From contig JAPLNR010000068.1 of NCBI GenBank assembly GCA_026401035.1, forward strand, positions 17,391 to 81,390: DNA of 64,000 bases. The letters are read 5' to 3'. The position numbers and the translations under genes are program-made. This document shows, in pieces, positions 9,628 through 19,066 of this stretch (positions within the stretch are counted from its first letter, which is position 1; every line of letters begins with the position of its first letter). This DNA is from Planctomycetia bacterium. GTDB taxonomy: Bacteria; Planctomycetota; Planctomycetia; Pirellulales; UBA1268. A model generated the notes under the pieces. The model was not told the DNA's origin. It worked only from the letters and a program-made list of their open reading frames with translations, and made no database searches.

Positions 9628-10857
9628 ATGAAGTACCTGATCGTGATCCCCGATGGCGCGGCCGACGTCGCGCAGGCGTCGCTCGGGGGCAAGACCCCGT
9701 TTCAGGCGGCCCGCACGCCCGCGCTGGATGCGCTCGCGGCCCGGGGCCGCGTCGGGCTCACCAACCACGTGCCCGCGAGCCTGCCGCCGGGATCCGAAGT
9801 GGCTTGCATGAGCCTGATGGGCTACGACCCACTCGCATATTTCACGGGGCGGGCGCCGCTCGAGGCCGCGGCCCAGGGCATCACGCTCGGGCCCGACGAT
9901 TGGGCCGTGCGGTGCAACCTCGTGACCATCGCCGAAGCCAATGGCGAATCGATCATGGAGGACTTCACTGCCGGCCACGTCACGACCGCGGAGGCGACCG
10001 AACTCCTCGCGGCCGCCCAGCGCGGCCTTGCCACAGACTTTCCGGAGCTTGCCGGCTGGGAGTTCAAGCCGGGCGTGAGCTACCGCAACCTTCTGCTGCA
10101 TCGGGGCAGGCCCGGCTCGGCCCCTTTCGACGGCAGCCTCCGCGCCACGCCACCGCACGATCTGATGGACAAGTCGGTCGCCGACTCGTTTCCACGCGGC
10201 ACCGGCAGCCGGCTGCTCACCGACATCATGGCGCGAAGCGCGGGCTGGCTCGCTAGCCATCCGGTCAACAAGGCCCGGATCGCCGCCGGCCAGCGGCCGG
10301 CCACGCATGTCTGGCTCTGGGGCGTGGGCCGTGCGCCCGCGATGGAGCCATTCACGAAGAAATACGGCATGAGCGGCACGATGATCACGGCCGTCGACCT
10401 CCTGCGCGGCCTCGCCGCCCTCGCCGGCTGGAAGCGGCTCGAGGTGCCGGGGGCCACGGGCTATCTCGATACCGACTACGCGGCCAAGGGGCGGGCGGCG
10501 ATCGAGGAATTGGCCACGAACGACCTGGTCTGTGTGCATATCGAGGCCCCGGACGAGGCGAGCCATCAGGGCGATGCCGCCGAGAAGGTGAAGGCGATCG
10601 AGGAGATCGACGCCAAGATCGTCGCCCCGCTGCTGAAGCACCTCGCGGGCCTGGGCGACCACCGGATTCTCGTCTGCCCCGACCACCCGACCTTCATCTC
10701 GACGAAGACGCATTCCCGCGGTCCGGTGCCGTTCGTCATGGCCGGCAGCGGCATCGCGCCGTCGGGCCAGCGGACGTATGACGAGCTCGCGGCGGCCGCG
10801 GGGCAGGTGACGATCGAGCCGGGCTGGAAGTTGATGGGCGAGTTTCTAGGAAGCTAG
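9628..10857 (+). CDS. cofactor-independent phosphoglycerate mutase family protein (archaeal ApgM type); possible non-orthologous homoserine kinase
   Basis: MKYLIVIPDGAAD...HIEAPDEASHQGD...CPDHPT are metalloenzyme-superfamily motifs of the ApgM type. A GGAAGG sequence lies 12 nt upstream of the ATG at 9628. The gene sits between hom and lysC. Confidence 0.7.
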   Translation: MKYLIVIPDGAADVAQASLGGKTPFQAARTPALDALAARGRVGLTNHVPASLPPGSEVACMSLMGYDPLAYFTGRAPLEAAAQGITLGPDDWAVRCNLVTIAEANGESIMEDFTAGHVTTAEATELLAAAQRGLATDFPELAGWEFKPGVSYRNLLLHRGRPGSAPFDGSLRATPPHDLMDKSVADSFPRGTGSRLLTDIMARSAGWLASHPVNKARIAAGQRPATHVWLWGVGRAPAMEPFTKKYGMSGTMITAVDLLRGLAALAGWKRLEVPGATGYLDTDYAAKGRAAIEELATNDLVCVHIEAPDEASHQGDAAEKVKAIEEIDAKIVAPLLKHLAGLGDHRILVCPDHPTFISTKTHSRGPVPFVMAGSGIAPSGQRTYDELAAAAGQVTIEPGWKLMGEFLGS

Positions 10858-10902
10858 TTGCCAACACCAATCGCGCCCCAGCGGCGCAGGGAGGAAGAGT
10901 CG

Positions 10903-12666
10903 ATGGCCCTCGTGGTGCAGAAGTTCGGCGGGACGAGCGTGGCCGATCCCCAGAAGATCCTCGCGGCGGCGAAGAAGGCGATCGCGCGGCAGCAGGGGGG
11001 CCACCAGGTGGTGGTCGTGGTGAGCGCGATGGGCCACCAGACCGACGTGCTCGTCGACCTCGCCAAGCAGATCTCCGACCGGCCGAGTGCCCGCGAGATG
11101 GACATGCTGCTTTCGACCGGCGAGCAGGTGAGCGTGGCCCTCTTCGCGATGGCGATCCAGTCGCTGGGCCACAAGGCCGTGAGCCTCACCGGCGCCCAGA
11201 TCGGCATCCGCACCGACTCGACCCACACGAAGGCACGGATCAAGTCGATCTCGACCGACCACGTGAAGAAGATTCTCGACGGCGGCGCGATCGTGATCGC
11301 GGCCGGCTTCCAGGGAATCGACCAGGATGGCAACATCACGACGCTTGGCCGCGGCGGCTCCGACACCACGGCCGTCGCGCTCGCGGCCGTCCTCGATGCC
11401 GACCTCTGCGAGATCTACACCGACGTCGACGGCGTCTACACGACCGACCCGCGGATGCTCCCCGAGGCGCGGCGGCTCGCCTCGATCAGTTACGACGAGA
11501 TGCTGGAGCTCGCGAGCCTCGGCGCGGGCGTGATGCACCCGCGGTCGATCGAGTTTGCGAAGAAGTTTGGCGTGAAGGTGCTCGTGCGGTCGAGCTTCAA
11601 GGACGTGCCGGGCACGGTGATTCTCGCCGCCGAGGAATCGACGCCGCGGCCCGCCAGCGGCGTGGCCCTCGCGAAGGACGAGGCCCGGATCACCCTCGAA
11701 AACATCCCCGACCAGCCGGGCTCGAGCCACGCGCTCTTCTCGCAGCTGGCAGCCTCCGGCATCGCGGTCGACATGATCGTGCAGAACGTGGGGCAGGGGG
11801 GCCGCGCCGACATCTCGTTCACCGTTCCCGCCGACGACCTCACCGGAGCACTCGACGTCTCCAATCAGGTGGCCAGGCAGCTGGCTGCCACGGGCGTATC
11901 GCACGATGCGGAGCTCGCGAAGGTATCGGTCGTGGGCGTCGGCATGGAACGCGAGGAGGGGGTCGCCGGCCGGATGTTCACGGCGCTGTCGGCCGCGGGA
12001 ATCAACGTCCGCATGATCACGACCAGCGAGATCAAGATCTCAGTGCTCGTCGACAAGAAAGACGCCCAGGCCGCCGTGCAGGCCGTCCACAGGGCCTTCG
12101 GCCTGGAGGCCGAAACGACCGACGGCGGAGCCGACGTTGCGGGTTCGCAGCTCGTGAAGTCGAGCCCGCTCGACGTCGTGCGGCGGCTCGAGGGCATGGA
12201 AGATCTCGCCATCGAAGACTGCCAGCTCGACTCCTCGCAGGCGCTCGTCACCTTTACCGACCTGCCCGACAAACCGGGCGTGGCGGCCGATGTCTTCGAG
12301 GAGGTGGGCCGAGCCGGACTCTTTGTCGACATGATCGTGCAGAGCCATCCCCGTAACGGCCTGGCGGAGATCTCGTTCACCGTGCCGGCCGGCGACCGCG
12401 ACAAGGCGATCGACGTTGCGCAAAAGATCGCCGCGACCCGTGGTGCGACCGTCGCCGACGTGCCCCACGTCGCCAAGCTCTCGATCACGGGCGTGGGGAT
12501 CCGCAGCCACGCCGGCGTGGCCGACCGGCTCTTCAAGCCGCTCGCCGATTGCGGGATCAACATCGACCTCGTGAGCACCAGTGAGGTCCGGCTCAACGTG
12601 GTCGTCGCCGCGGAGCACGGTGAGAAGTCGCTCAAGGTCCTGCGGGAAGCCTTTGGCCTCTCCTGA
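10903..12666 (+). CDS. lysC: aspartate kinase with duplicated ACT regulatory region (4 ACT domains)
   Basis: [13 protein letters not shown]...VVVVSAMG..T is the amino-acid kinase N-terminus. Two successive ACT pairs follow, giving 587 aa against about 410 aa for the usual form. A GGAGGAAG sequence lies upstream of the ATG at 10903. Confidence 0.9.
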   Translation: MALVVQKFGGTSVADPQKILAAAKKAIARQQGGHQVVVVVSAMGHQTDVLVDLAKQISDRPSAREMDMLLSTGEQVSVALFAMAIQSLGHKAVSLTGAQIGIRTDSTHTKARIKSISTDHVKKILDGGAIVIAAGFQGIDQDGNITTLGRGGSDTTAVALAAVLDADLCEIYTDVDGVYTTDPRMLPEARRLASISYDEMLELASLGAGVMHPRSIEFAKKFGVKVLVRSSFKDVPGTVILAAEESTPRPASGVALAKDEARITLENIPDQPGSSHALFSQLAASGIAVDMIVQNVGQGGRADISFTVPADDLTGALDVSNQVARQLAATGVSHDAELAKVSVVGVGMEREEGVAGRMFTALSAAGINVRMITTSEIKISVLVDKKDAQAAVQAVHRAFGLEAETTDGGADVAGSQLVKSSPLDVVRRLEGMEDLAIEDCQLDSSQALVTFTDLPDKPGVAADVFEEVGRAGLFVDMIVQSHPRNGLAEISFTVPAGDRDKAIDVAQKIAATRGATVADVPHVAKLSITGVGIRSHAGVADRLFKPLADCGINIDLVSTSEVRLNVVVAAEHGEKSLKVLREAFGLS

Positions 12667-12685
12667 AGCCGCGAAGGAAACGCCG

Positions 12686-13027
12686 ATGCCGGATACCATT
12701 TTCTCGAAGATCATCGCCCGGAGGATTCCGGCCCGCATCGAATACGAGGACGATCTCTGCCTCGCCTTTCACGACGTGGCCCCGCAGGCCCCGACGCACG
12801 TCCTCGTGATCCCGAAACAGCCGATCCCGTCGCTCGCCGACCTCACCGACGCCGACGAGCCGCTCGTCGGGCATCTCATCGGCGTGGCCACGAAGCTCGC
12901 CGTGAAGCTCGGTCTCGGCAACGGCTACCGGCTGGTCGTGAACTGCGGCCGCGACGGCGGCCAGTCGGTCGATCACCTGCACGTCCATCTGCTCGGTGGC
13001 AGGTCACTCGGCTGGCCACCGGGGTGA
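12686..13027 (+). CDS. HIT-family (histidine triad) nucleotide-binding protein
   Basis: [16 protein letters not shown]...[13 protein letters not shown] carries the HxHxHxx histidine triad. Confidence 0.9.
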   Translation: MPDTIFSKIIARRIPARIEYEDDLCLAFHDVAPQAPTHVLVIPKQPIPSLADLTDADEPLVGHLIGVATKLAVKLGLGNGYRLVVNCGRDGGQSVDHLHVHLLGGRSLGWPPG

Positions 13028-13050
13028 GTTTGGGCGCCGGCTCGCGTTCT

Positions 13051-13878
13051 CTAGCGCCGCACCGGGGCTTCCGTGCTGGACGCAACCACCGCCGCGCCGC
13101 CGCGCATCTCGTCGGCCAGGAGCATGAGGTCATCCGGCTTGACGGCAAACTGACCGATGTAGGGCCGGGTGTAGGCCATGAGGATCACGAAGCAGCACGT
13201 GATCCCCACCGCCACCATCGATAAGGCAATGCGTCGGGCCCGGTAGTTCTCGGCGTGGATCAAGCCCACGCCGAGCAGGGTGAGGACTGCCAGCGCGCCG
13301 ATGATGCCCCAGCGAGCAGTCGGTGGCCGAGTGGCGGCGATGCGCAGTCGCGTCTGCCTGGCCTCCGTGGCCTGCCGTAAGTGGTCGCGCAACTCGGTCT
13401 TGAGCGGCTCGTCGGACAGGCCATGAATGACTTTCCGTAGGGCCCGGAGCGGAGCGGCGGCGATTCGGGGCGTGAGCAGGTGGGCCATCTGGGGCCACTC
13501 TTCGAGGGCCAGGAACTCCACCGATTTCTGCACGAGCCCAGTCACGGCTCTGGCCGGTTCGGACGTGTCATCCTCAAGCGCCTCCTGCATCTCGCGATAG
13601 GCGGCAGCCTCGGTCCGGGCAGCCTCTTCCGCCCGGCCGTGCTCCTCCCAGATCGGCATGGCGATGAACGAAACGAGCAGTCCGAAGGCGAGGCCGATCT
13701 GGGCGGGCACCTCGGCCTCGAGCTGCCCCAGTTTCTCGCCGCTCCGGCCGGCGATCCAGGGGACGAAATACCAGTGCACAACGACTGCGAAGCATCCCCA
13801 ATAGAGCAGCAGGAAGCCGATCAGTAGGGGCATCGGCAGGGCGAGTATGCCGTCGAAAACAGCGGTCAGCCTAGTCAT
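13051..13878 (-). CDS. DUF4239-like membrane protein
   Basis: Two N-terminal and two C-terminal TM helices flank a soluble core with an EEWPQM motif, and the protein ends ...YTRPYIGQFAVKPDDL. This resembles the DUF4239 layout as I remember it. The start is trimmed to MTRLTAVFDG (13878). Confidence 0.55.
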   Translation of the reverse strand: MTRLTAVFDGILALPMPLLIGFLLLYWGCFAVVVHWYFVPWIAGRSGEKLGQLEAEVPAQIGLAFGLLVSFIAMPIWEEHGRAEEAARTEAAAYREMQEALEDDTSEPARAVTGLVQKSVEFLALEEWPQMAHLLTPRIAAAPLRALRKVIHGLSDEPLKTELRDHLRQATEARQTRLRIAATRPPTARWGIIGALAVLTLLGVGLIHAENYRARRIALSMVAVGITCCFVILMAYTRPYIGQFAVKPDDLMLLADEMRGGAAVVASSTEAPVRR

Positions 13879-14116
13879 GGGCGAACTGGGTCCTGGCGTT
13901 GAGCGTCGGTCGGAGATCCCTTGAATAGCGGGCCGGCAAGCCCGTTTCCACCCTGAATCATCGGCCGGCGCGCGCCGCGGCCAACAGTTCCGCGTCGCCG
14001 CCAGCAAGGAGGGTAAATGGGTGGGTTCAGGCAGGCGCGGCCGAAAGGACCGTGAGTCGGGTAGCTGATTCATATCTATATTAAGATTTTCGGCTGAGTG
14101 AACGCGGCAGTCCCGC

Positions 14117-17100
14117 ATGGCATCTGGAGCGATCAGCATGATGGCAGTCATCCGTTTGCAGTTCATCTTCACGGCGCTGGTTCTGGCCTGCCTGTCCCGG
14201 GCGGTGGCCGCGGATTCATCCACGCTCGAACTCCGCCCGCACGACCATGTGATTCTCGTCGGCAACACCCTCGCCGAGCGGATGCAGTATTTCGGGAATT
14301 TCGAGACGCTTCTCCATGCGCGGTTTCCCCGGCAGGAGCTTTACGTCCGCGACCTCGGCTGGTCGGCCGACGAACTCACGATCCGGCTGCGGTCGCAGGG
14401 GTTCCGCGACCACGGCAGCAACCTGGTGGACCATGCGCCTGACGTCATCATCGCGATGTTCGGGTTCAACGAGTCGTTCGCCGGGCCCGGGGGCGTCGCG
14501 AAGTTCGAACAGGATCTCGCGGCATTTGTAAAGGATCCGTACTCCATCGACCGCTACACCTCGCCCGGCGGCGACTGGGACCGAGCCGCCGGTGAGAACA
14601 AAGCCGGCCGGGGCGAGAAGCCTGTTCGCAAGGTCGTCCTCGTCTCCCCGCTCGCACATGAAAACCTGAAGCGGCCCAGCCTGCCCGATGGCGCGGAAAA
14701 CAACGCCCGCATCGCCCTCTACACCGAGGCCATGCGGAAGGTGGCCGCCCGCGAGGGGGCGGTCTTCGTCGATCTTTTCACGCCCAGCCGCGACCAGATG
14801 GCGAAGTCGGCAGAGCCCTGGACGATCAACGGCATCCATGTGAACGAGCATGGCGACCGGGAGGTGGGCCGGATCCTCGACGAGGCCCTCTTTGGGCCGC
14901 GGCCGGCCGCGGCCACGGTCGACCTCGGAAAACTCCTCGCCGCCGTGAACGAGAAAAACCTGCAGTTCTTCTACGACCATCGTGCGGTCAACGGCTGCTA
15001 CATCTACGGTGGCCGCAAGAATCCCTACGGCACGGTGAACTTTCCCGCGGAGTTCAAGAAACTCCGCGCGATGACGGCCGTCCGCGACCGGCGGGTCTGG
15101 GACGTGGCCCAGGGAAAATCCGTGCCCGATGCGATCGACGATTCGGGCACCGGCGACCTGCTCCCGATCGAGACCAACGCGAAGACGCCCGCCCCCGCGA
15201 CCACGCCGGAGGAGTCGTTGGCGAAGATGGAGATCGAGGAGGGCTACGAGGTGAATCTCTTCGCCTCGGAGATCGAGTTTCCCGAGCTCGCGAACCCGGT
15301 GCAGATGACGTTCGACGCCAAGGGCCGGCTCTGGATCGCCACGATGCCCGGCTACCCGCAATACCTCCCCGGCGTGCCGGTCAACGACAAGATCCTGATC
15401 TTCGAAGATACCAACGGCGACGGAAAGGCCGACAAACAGACGGTGTTCGCCGACGGCCTCCATCTGCCGACCGGCCTCGAGGTCGCCGATGGCGGGCTCT
15501 ATGTCGCGCAGGAGCCGAACCTCGTTTTCCTGAAAGATACCAACGGTGACGACAAGGCCGACGTCCGCGAGATCGTGCTCGACGGATTCGATTCGGCCGA
15601 TTCGCACCACGCGATCGGCGCCTTCGCGAGCGATCCGGCCGGCGGGCTGCTCATGGAGGAGGGGACGTTTCACCAGACGGCGGTGGAGACGATCCGCGGC
15701 CCGAAGCGGTGCTCCAATGCCGGCATCTTCCGCTACGACCGCCGGCGGGAGCAGTTTGACGTCTTCGTGTCGTACGGCTTCGCGAATCCCTGGGGCCAGA
15801 CGTTCGACCGCTGGGGACAGTATTTCGTGGCCGACGCCTCGGGCGGCACCAACTACTTCGGCACCGCCTTCTCCGGGGATGTCGACTATCCGCAGAAGCA
15901 CGGCGGTCTGAAGCAGTTCCTGAAGATGCAGTGGCGGCCGACCTCGGGCTGTGAGTTCGTCAGCAGCCGCCAGTTTCCCGACGATGCCCAGGGCAACTAC
16001 CTGCTCAACAACTGCATCGGCTTCCAGGGCATCCTGCAATACAAGATGCGGGACGATGGCGCGGGGTTCGCGGCCGATCCGGTCGACCCGCTGCTCAAGT
16101 CGAACGACCCCAACTTCCGCCCCGTCGATCTCGAGTTTGGGGCCGACGGCTGCCTCTACGTGGTCGACTGGTACAACCCGCTCGTCGGCCACATGCAGCA
16201 TTCGTTGCGCGACCCAAATCGCGACCACTTCCACGGCCGGATCTGGCGGGTGAAGGCGAAGGACCGGCCGCTCGTCGTACCGACACAGATCGCCGGCGAG
16301 CCGACCGAGACGGTGCTCGACGCGCTCAAGGTCTATGAGGATCGCACGCGATATCGGACCCGGGCCGAACTGCGGGCCCGCCCGACCGCCGAGGTGGTTC
16401 CCGCACTCGAGAAGTGGGTCGCGATGCTCGACCCGAAGGATCCCGACTCCCAGCACCACCTCGTCGAAGCGCTCTGGGTGCATCAGGGGCAGGACGTCGT
16501 GAACGAATCGCTGCTCGACCGGATCCTCGCGTCGCCAGAGCCGAAGGCCCGCGCGGCGGCCACCCGCGTGCTCTCGTTCTGGCGTGACCGGGCGGGCGAC
16601 GCGTACGGCAGGCTGCGGAAACTCGTCGCCGACGAGCATCCGCTCGTCCGGCTTGAGGCGGTGCGGGCCTTGAGCTTCTTCCGCGATCAGGAGGCGATCA
16701 ACATCGCGATCGAGTCGCTCGTGATGCCGCAGGACGACTACCTCTCGTATGTTTTCCGTGAGACGATGCAGACGCTCTCGCGGCGGGTGCCGGCGGTGAC
16801 GGCCGGCGGCGCGTCGGGCTCGGCCCGGCCGCTGGTGACGCTCATTGAGAGCGGCCGGCTGCCGGAAAACCGCGTGGGCGACGCCGTCGATATGCTCCTG
16901 CAACGCGGCGGCCCCGAGGAACTCGGCTGGCTCTTCGCCGAGTTTCTCGAGCCGAAGAAGATTCCCGGCAGCCAGCGGGGAACGATCGGCGCGGGCCTCG
17001 TGCAGGCGGCAGTCGAGCGGGGCATCAAGCCCGCCGGCAGTCTCGACGCCCTGCGGCCGCTGCTGGAGGGCCCCGATCGCGGCCTCCAGATCCCGGCGAT

Positions 17101-18535
17101 CAAGCTCGCGGCGGCCTGGCGCGACAGCTCGATGATCCCGGCGCTCCAGACGCTCGCCGCCGGCGAGAAGGCCGGCGGCGAGCAGCAGCGGCAGGCGATC
17201 CTCGCGCTCGCCACGCTCGGCACACCCGAGGCGAAGGCCACGATCGAATCGCTCTGCACGGCCGATCGACCGGAGCCGGTGCGGCTGTTCGCGATCGCGG
17301 CGCTGGCCAGGCTCGACGCAGCCGCCGCCGCCGCGCGGGTGGCGGAAGTGCTCGCCGCAGTCCCCTCGGCGACGCCCGCCGCGGCAGAAAAGCTGCCGAC
17401 GGAGATACTCGACGCCCTGCTCGACCGGCGAGACGGCCCGGCGAAGCTCGCCGCGGCGCTTGCGTCCAGGCCGCCGTCGGCCGACGTGGCGAAAATGTTT
17501 TTGCGGCACATGTACGCCACCGGCCGCACCGAGCCGGCCGTCGCCGACGCGCTCACCAAGGCCGCCGGCATCGCGGCCAACCCGCCGCCCCCCTCGCAGG
17601 AGGAGATCGTGAAGATCGCGGCCGAGGTGGTTGCAAAGGGGGATCCGGCTCGCGGCGAGGCGATTTTCCGACGGACGGAGATCGCCTGCATGAAGTGCCA
17701 CGCCGTCGCCAAGGCCGGCGGCAACATCGGACCGGAACTCTCGGCCGTGGGCTCGATCTCGCCGCCGGAGTACATCGTGGCGTCGATCCTCAACCCCGAC
17801 GCCTCGATCAAGGAGGCCTATGTCACCCGCAGCGTCATCACCGACTCGGGCGAGGTGCACACCGGCATCCTCGTCGACCGCGATGAACTGCGGGTGCGGC
17901 TGCGCGACGCGACGGGCAAGGTGATCACGATTCCGACGGCCGAGATCGAGGAGGAGGTCGAGGGCAAGTCGCTGATGCCCAAGGGACTGACGACGTTCCT
18001 CACGCAGCAGGAATTCCTGGATCTCGCCCGGTTCGTGTCGGAGCTCGGCAAGCCGGGCCCTTATGCGATCCGCTCGACGCCGACGATCCAGCGGTGGAAG
18101 CTGCTCGAGAATCCGCCGACCGATCTGCCGAAGGCCGACTCGATCCCGTCGGACGAGCAGTTCGAGAAGCTCGTCCTGAAGGGGCCGGGGCTCCGCTGGA
18201 AATCCGCCTACGGCAAGACTGGCGGAGGCCTGCCGCTCGACGAGCACGTGGCTCTCGACGGCTCGGGCCTCCAGTTGCTCTGGCTGCAGGGAGAGATCAG
18301 CGTCGACGGGGCCGGCCCGGTGAACCTGCGGATCGCGGCCCCCGAGGGCACGGCCGCCTGGATCGGCGGCAAACGGATCGACCTCGCGCAGACAGGCTCG
18401 GTGCCGCTCGAGAAGGGGAGCAACTGGCTCACGCTCCGTGTGCCCACAACGCCTGGGACGGATCAGGAGGTGCAGGTCGAGGTCGGCAAGACGACGGGCT
18501 CACCCCGCCGCGTCGAAGTCGCCGGCGGCCAGTGA
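14117..18535 (+). CDS. 1472-aa secreted multidomain protein: SGNH-like domain + PVC-type membrane-bound-dehydrogenase beta-propeller + HEAT repeats + cytochrome c (CxxCH)
   Basis: A signal peptide is followed by an SGNH-like block (VGNTLAE, FGFNES, NGIHVNEHG). Next come FDAKGRLWIATMPGYPQ, the DGKADK propeller region, and HEAT-like repeats. The heme motif is EIACMKCHAV...GPELS. An AT-rich patch lies upstream at 14068-14092. Confidence 0.8.
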   Translation: MASGAISMMAVIRLQFIFTALVLACLSRAVAADSSTLELRPHDHVILVGNTLAERMQYFGNFETLLHARFPRQELYVRDLGWSADELTIRLRSQGFRDHGSNLVDHAPDVIIAMFGFNESFAGPGGVAKFEQDLAAFVKDPYSIDRYTSPGGDWDRAAGENKAGRGEKPVRKVVLVSPLAHENLKRPSLPDGAENNARIALYTEAMRKVAAREGAVFVDLFTPSRDQMAKSAEPWTINGIHVNEHGDREVGRILDEALFGPRPAAATVDLGKLLAAVNEKNLQFFYDHRAVNGCYIYGGRKNPYGTVNFPAEFKKLRAMTAVRDRRVWDVAQGKSVPDAIDDSGTGDLLPIETNAKTPAPATTPEESLAKMEIEEGYEVNLFASEIEFPELANPVQMTFDAKGRLWIATMPGYPQYLPGVPVNDKILIFEDTNGDGKADKQTVFADGLHLPTGLEVADGGLYVAQEPNLVFLKDTNGDDKADVREIVLDGFDSADSHHAIGAFASDPAGGLLMEEGTFHQTAVETIRGPKRCSNAGIFRYDRRREQFDVFVSYGFANPWGQTFDRWGQYFVADASGGTNYFGTAFSGDVDYPQKHGGLKQFLKMQWRPTSGCEFVSSRQFPDDAQGNYLLNNCIGFQGILQYKMRDDGAGFAADPVDPLLKSNDPNFRPVDLEFGADGCLYVVDWYNPLVGHMQHSLRDPNRDHFHGRIWRVKAKDRPLVVPTQIAGEPTETVLDALKVYEDRTRYRTRAELRARPTAEVVPALEKWVAMLDPKDPDSQHHLVEALWVHQGQDVVNESLLDRILASPEPKARAAATRVLSFWRDRAGDAYGRLRKLVADEHPLVRLEAVRALSFFRDQEAINIAIESLVMPQDDYLSYVFRETMQTLSRRVPAVTAGGASGSARPLVTLIESGRLPENRVGDAVDMLLQRGGPEELGWLFAEFLEPKKIPGSQRGTIGAGLVQAAVERGIKPAGSLDALRPLLEGPDRGLQIPAIKLAAAWRDSSMIPALQTLAAGEKAGGEQQRQAILALATLGTPEAKATIESLCTADRPEPVRLFAIAALARLDAAAAAARVAEVLAAVPSATPAAAEKLPTEILDALLDRRDGPAKLAAALASRPPSADVAKMFLRHMYATGRTEPAVADALTKAAGIAANPPPPSQEEIVKIAAEVVAKGDPARGEAIFRRTEIACMKCHAVAKAGGNIGPELSAVGSISPPEYIVASILNPDASIKEAYVTRSVITDSGEVHTGILVDRDELRVRLRDATGKVITIPTAEIEEEVEGKSLMPKGLTTFLTQQEFLDLARFVSELGKPGPYAIRSTPTIQRWKLLENPPTDLPKADSIPSDEQFEKLVLKGPGLRWKSAYGKTGGGLPLDEHVALDGSGLQLLWLQGEISVDGAGPVNLRIAAPEGTAAWIGGKRIDLAQTGSVPLEKGSNWLTLRVPTTPGTDQEVQVEVGKTTGSPRRVEVAGGQ

Positions 18536-18570
18536 TTGCCGCCGGTCGTGGTGAACCTGGGAGACGAGGT

Positions 18571-18972
18571 CTACCCGAGCACGTCGGTGAGCACTTCCTC
18601 AGCGACGTAGATCGGGAGGTTGGGCTCGCAGGTGACAGCCACCGCGATCGCGTCGGACGGGCGGGCGTCGATCTCGATCATTTCGCCGTCCTTGAGCACC
18701 CGAATCGTGGCGAAGTAGGTGTGCTCCTTCAGTTCGCTGATCACGATGTCTTGGAACTCACCGCCGAGTAGTTCCACCGACGCGACGAGCAGATCGTGCG
18801 TGAGGGGCCGCGGCGACTGATGATGCTTCACGCGGCGATCGATGCTCGTCGCCTCGAAGAGGCCGATCAGGATCGGAAACGTGCGGTCTCCCTCGACCTC
18901 CTTGAGGTAAACCACCTGCTGGTCGTTGATCTCGCTGATGATGATCCGCGAGAGTTCCATTTGGACGCTCAT
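18571..18972 (-). CDS. bifunctional nuclease (DUF151/BFN) family protein
   Basis: MSVQMELSRIIISEINDQQVVYLKEVEGDRTFPILIGLFEATSIDRRV...RPLTHDLL...ARPSDAIAVA is the typical BFN-domain sequence. The start is trimmed to 18972. Confidence 0.8.
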   Translation of the reverse strand: MSVQMELSRIIISEINDQQVVYLKEVEGDRTFPILIGLFEATSIDRRVKHHQSPRPLTHDLLVASVELLGGEFQDIVISELKEHTYFATIRVLKDGEMIEIDARPSDAIAVAVTCEPNLPIYVAEEVLTDVLG

Positions 18973-19042
18973 GATTCGACTCCGGCTGAGGTGCTCCACC
19001 TGGGCACTATGGTACCCGATCGCGGAGGGCAATTCACGCGGT

Positions 19043-19066
19043 GACAGGCTGAAGCCTGTCCTACTT
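19043..19066 (-). repeat. REP-like element (consensus copy) overlapping the valS stop
   Basis: The minus strand reads AAGTAGGACAGGCTTCAGCCTGTC. AAG TAG are the last codon and the stop codon of valS. Confidence 0.85.

Noticed and set aside
18631-18643. A second occurrence of GGTGACAGCCACC, the core of the 22-bp inverted-repeat arm, inside the BFN gene.
   Set aside because: By my rough estimate, tens of 13-mer pairs are expected to match by chance when both strands of 64 kb are considered. The match is in a different reading frame within conserved coding sequence (IAVAVTC). It is not evidence for a repeat family.
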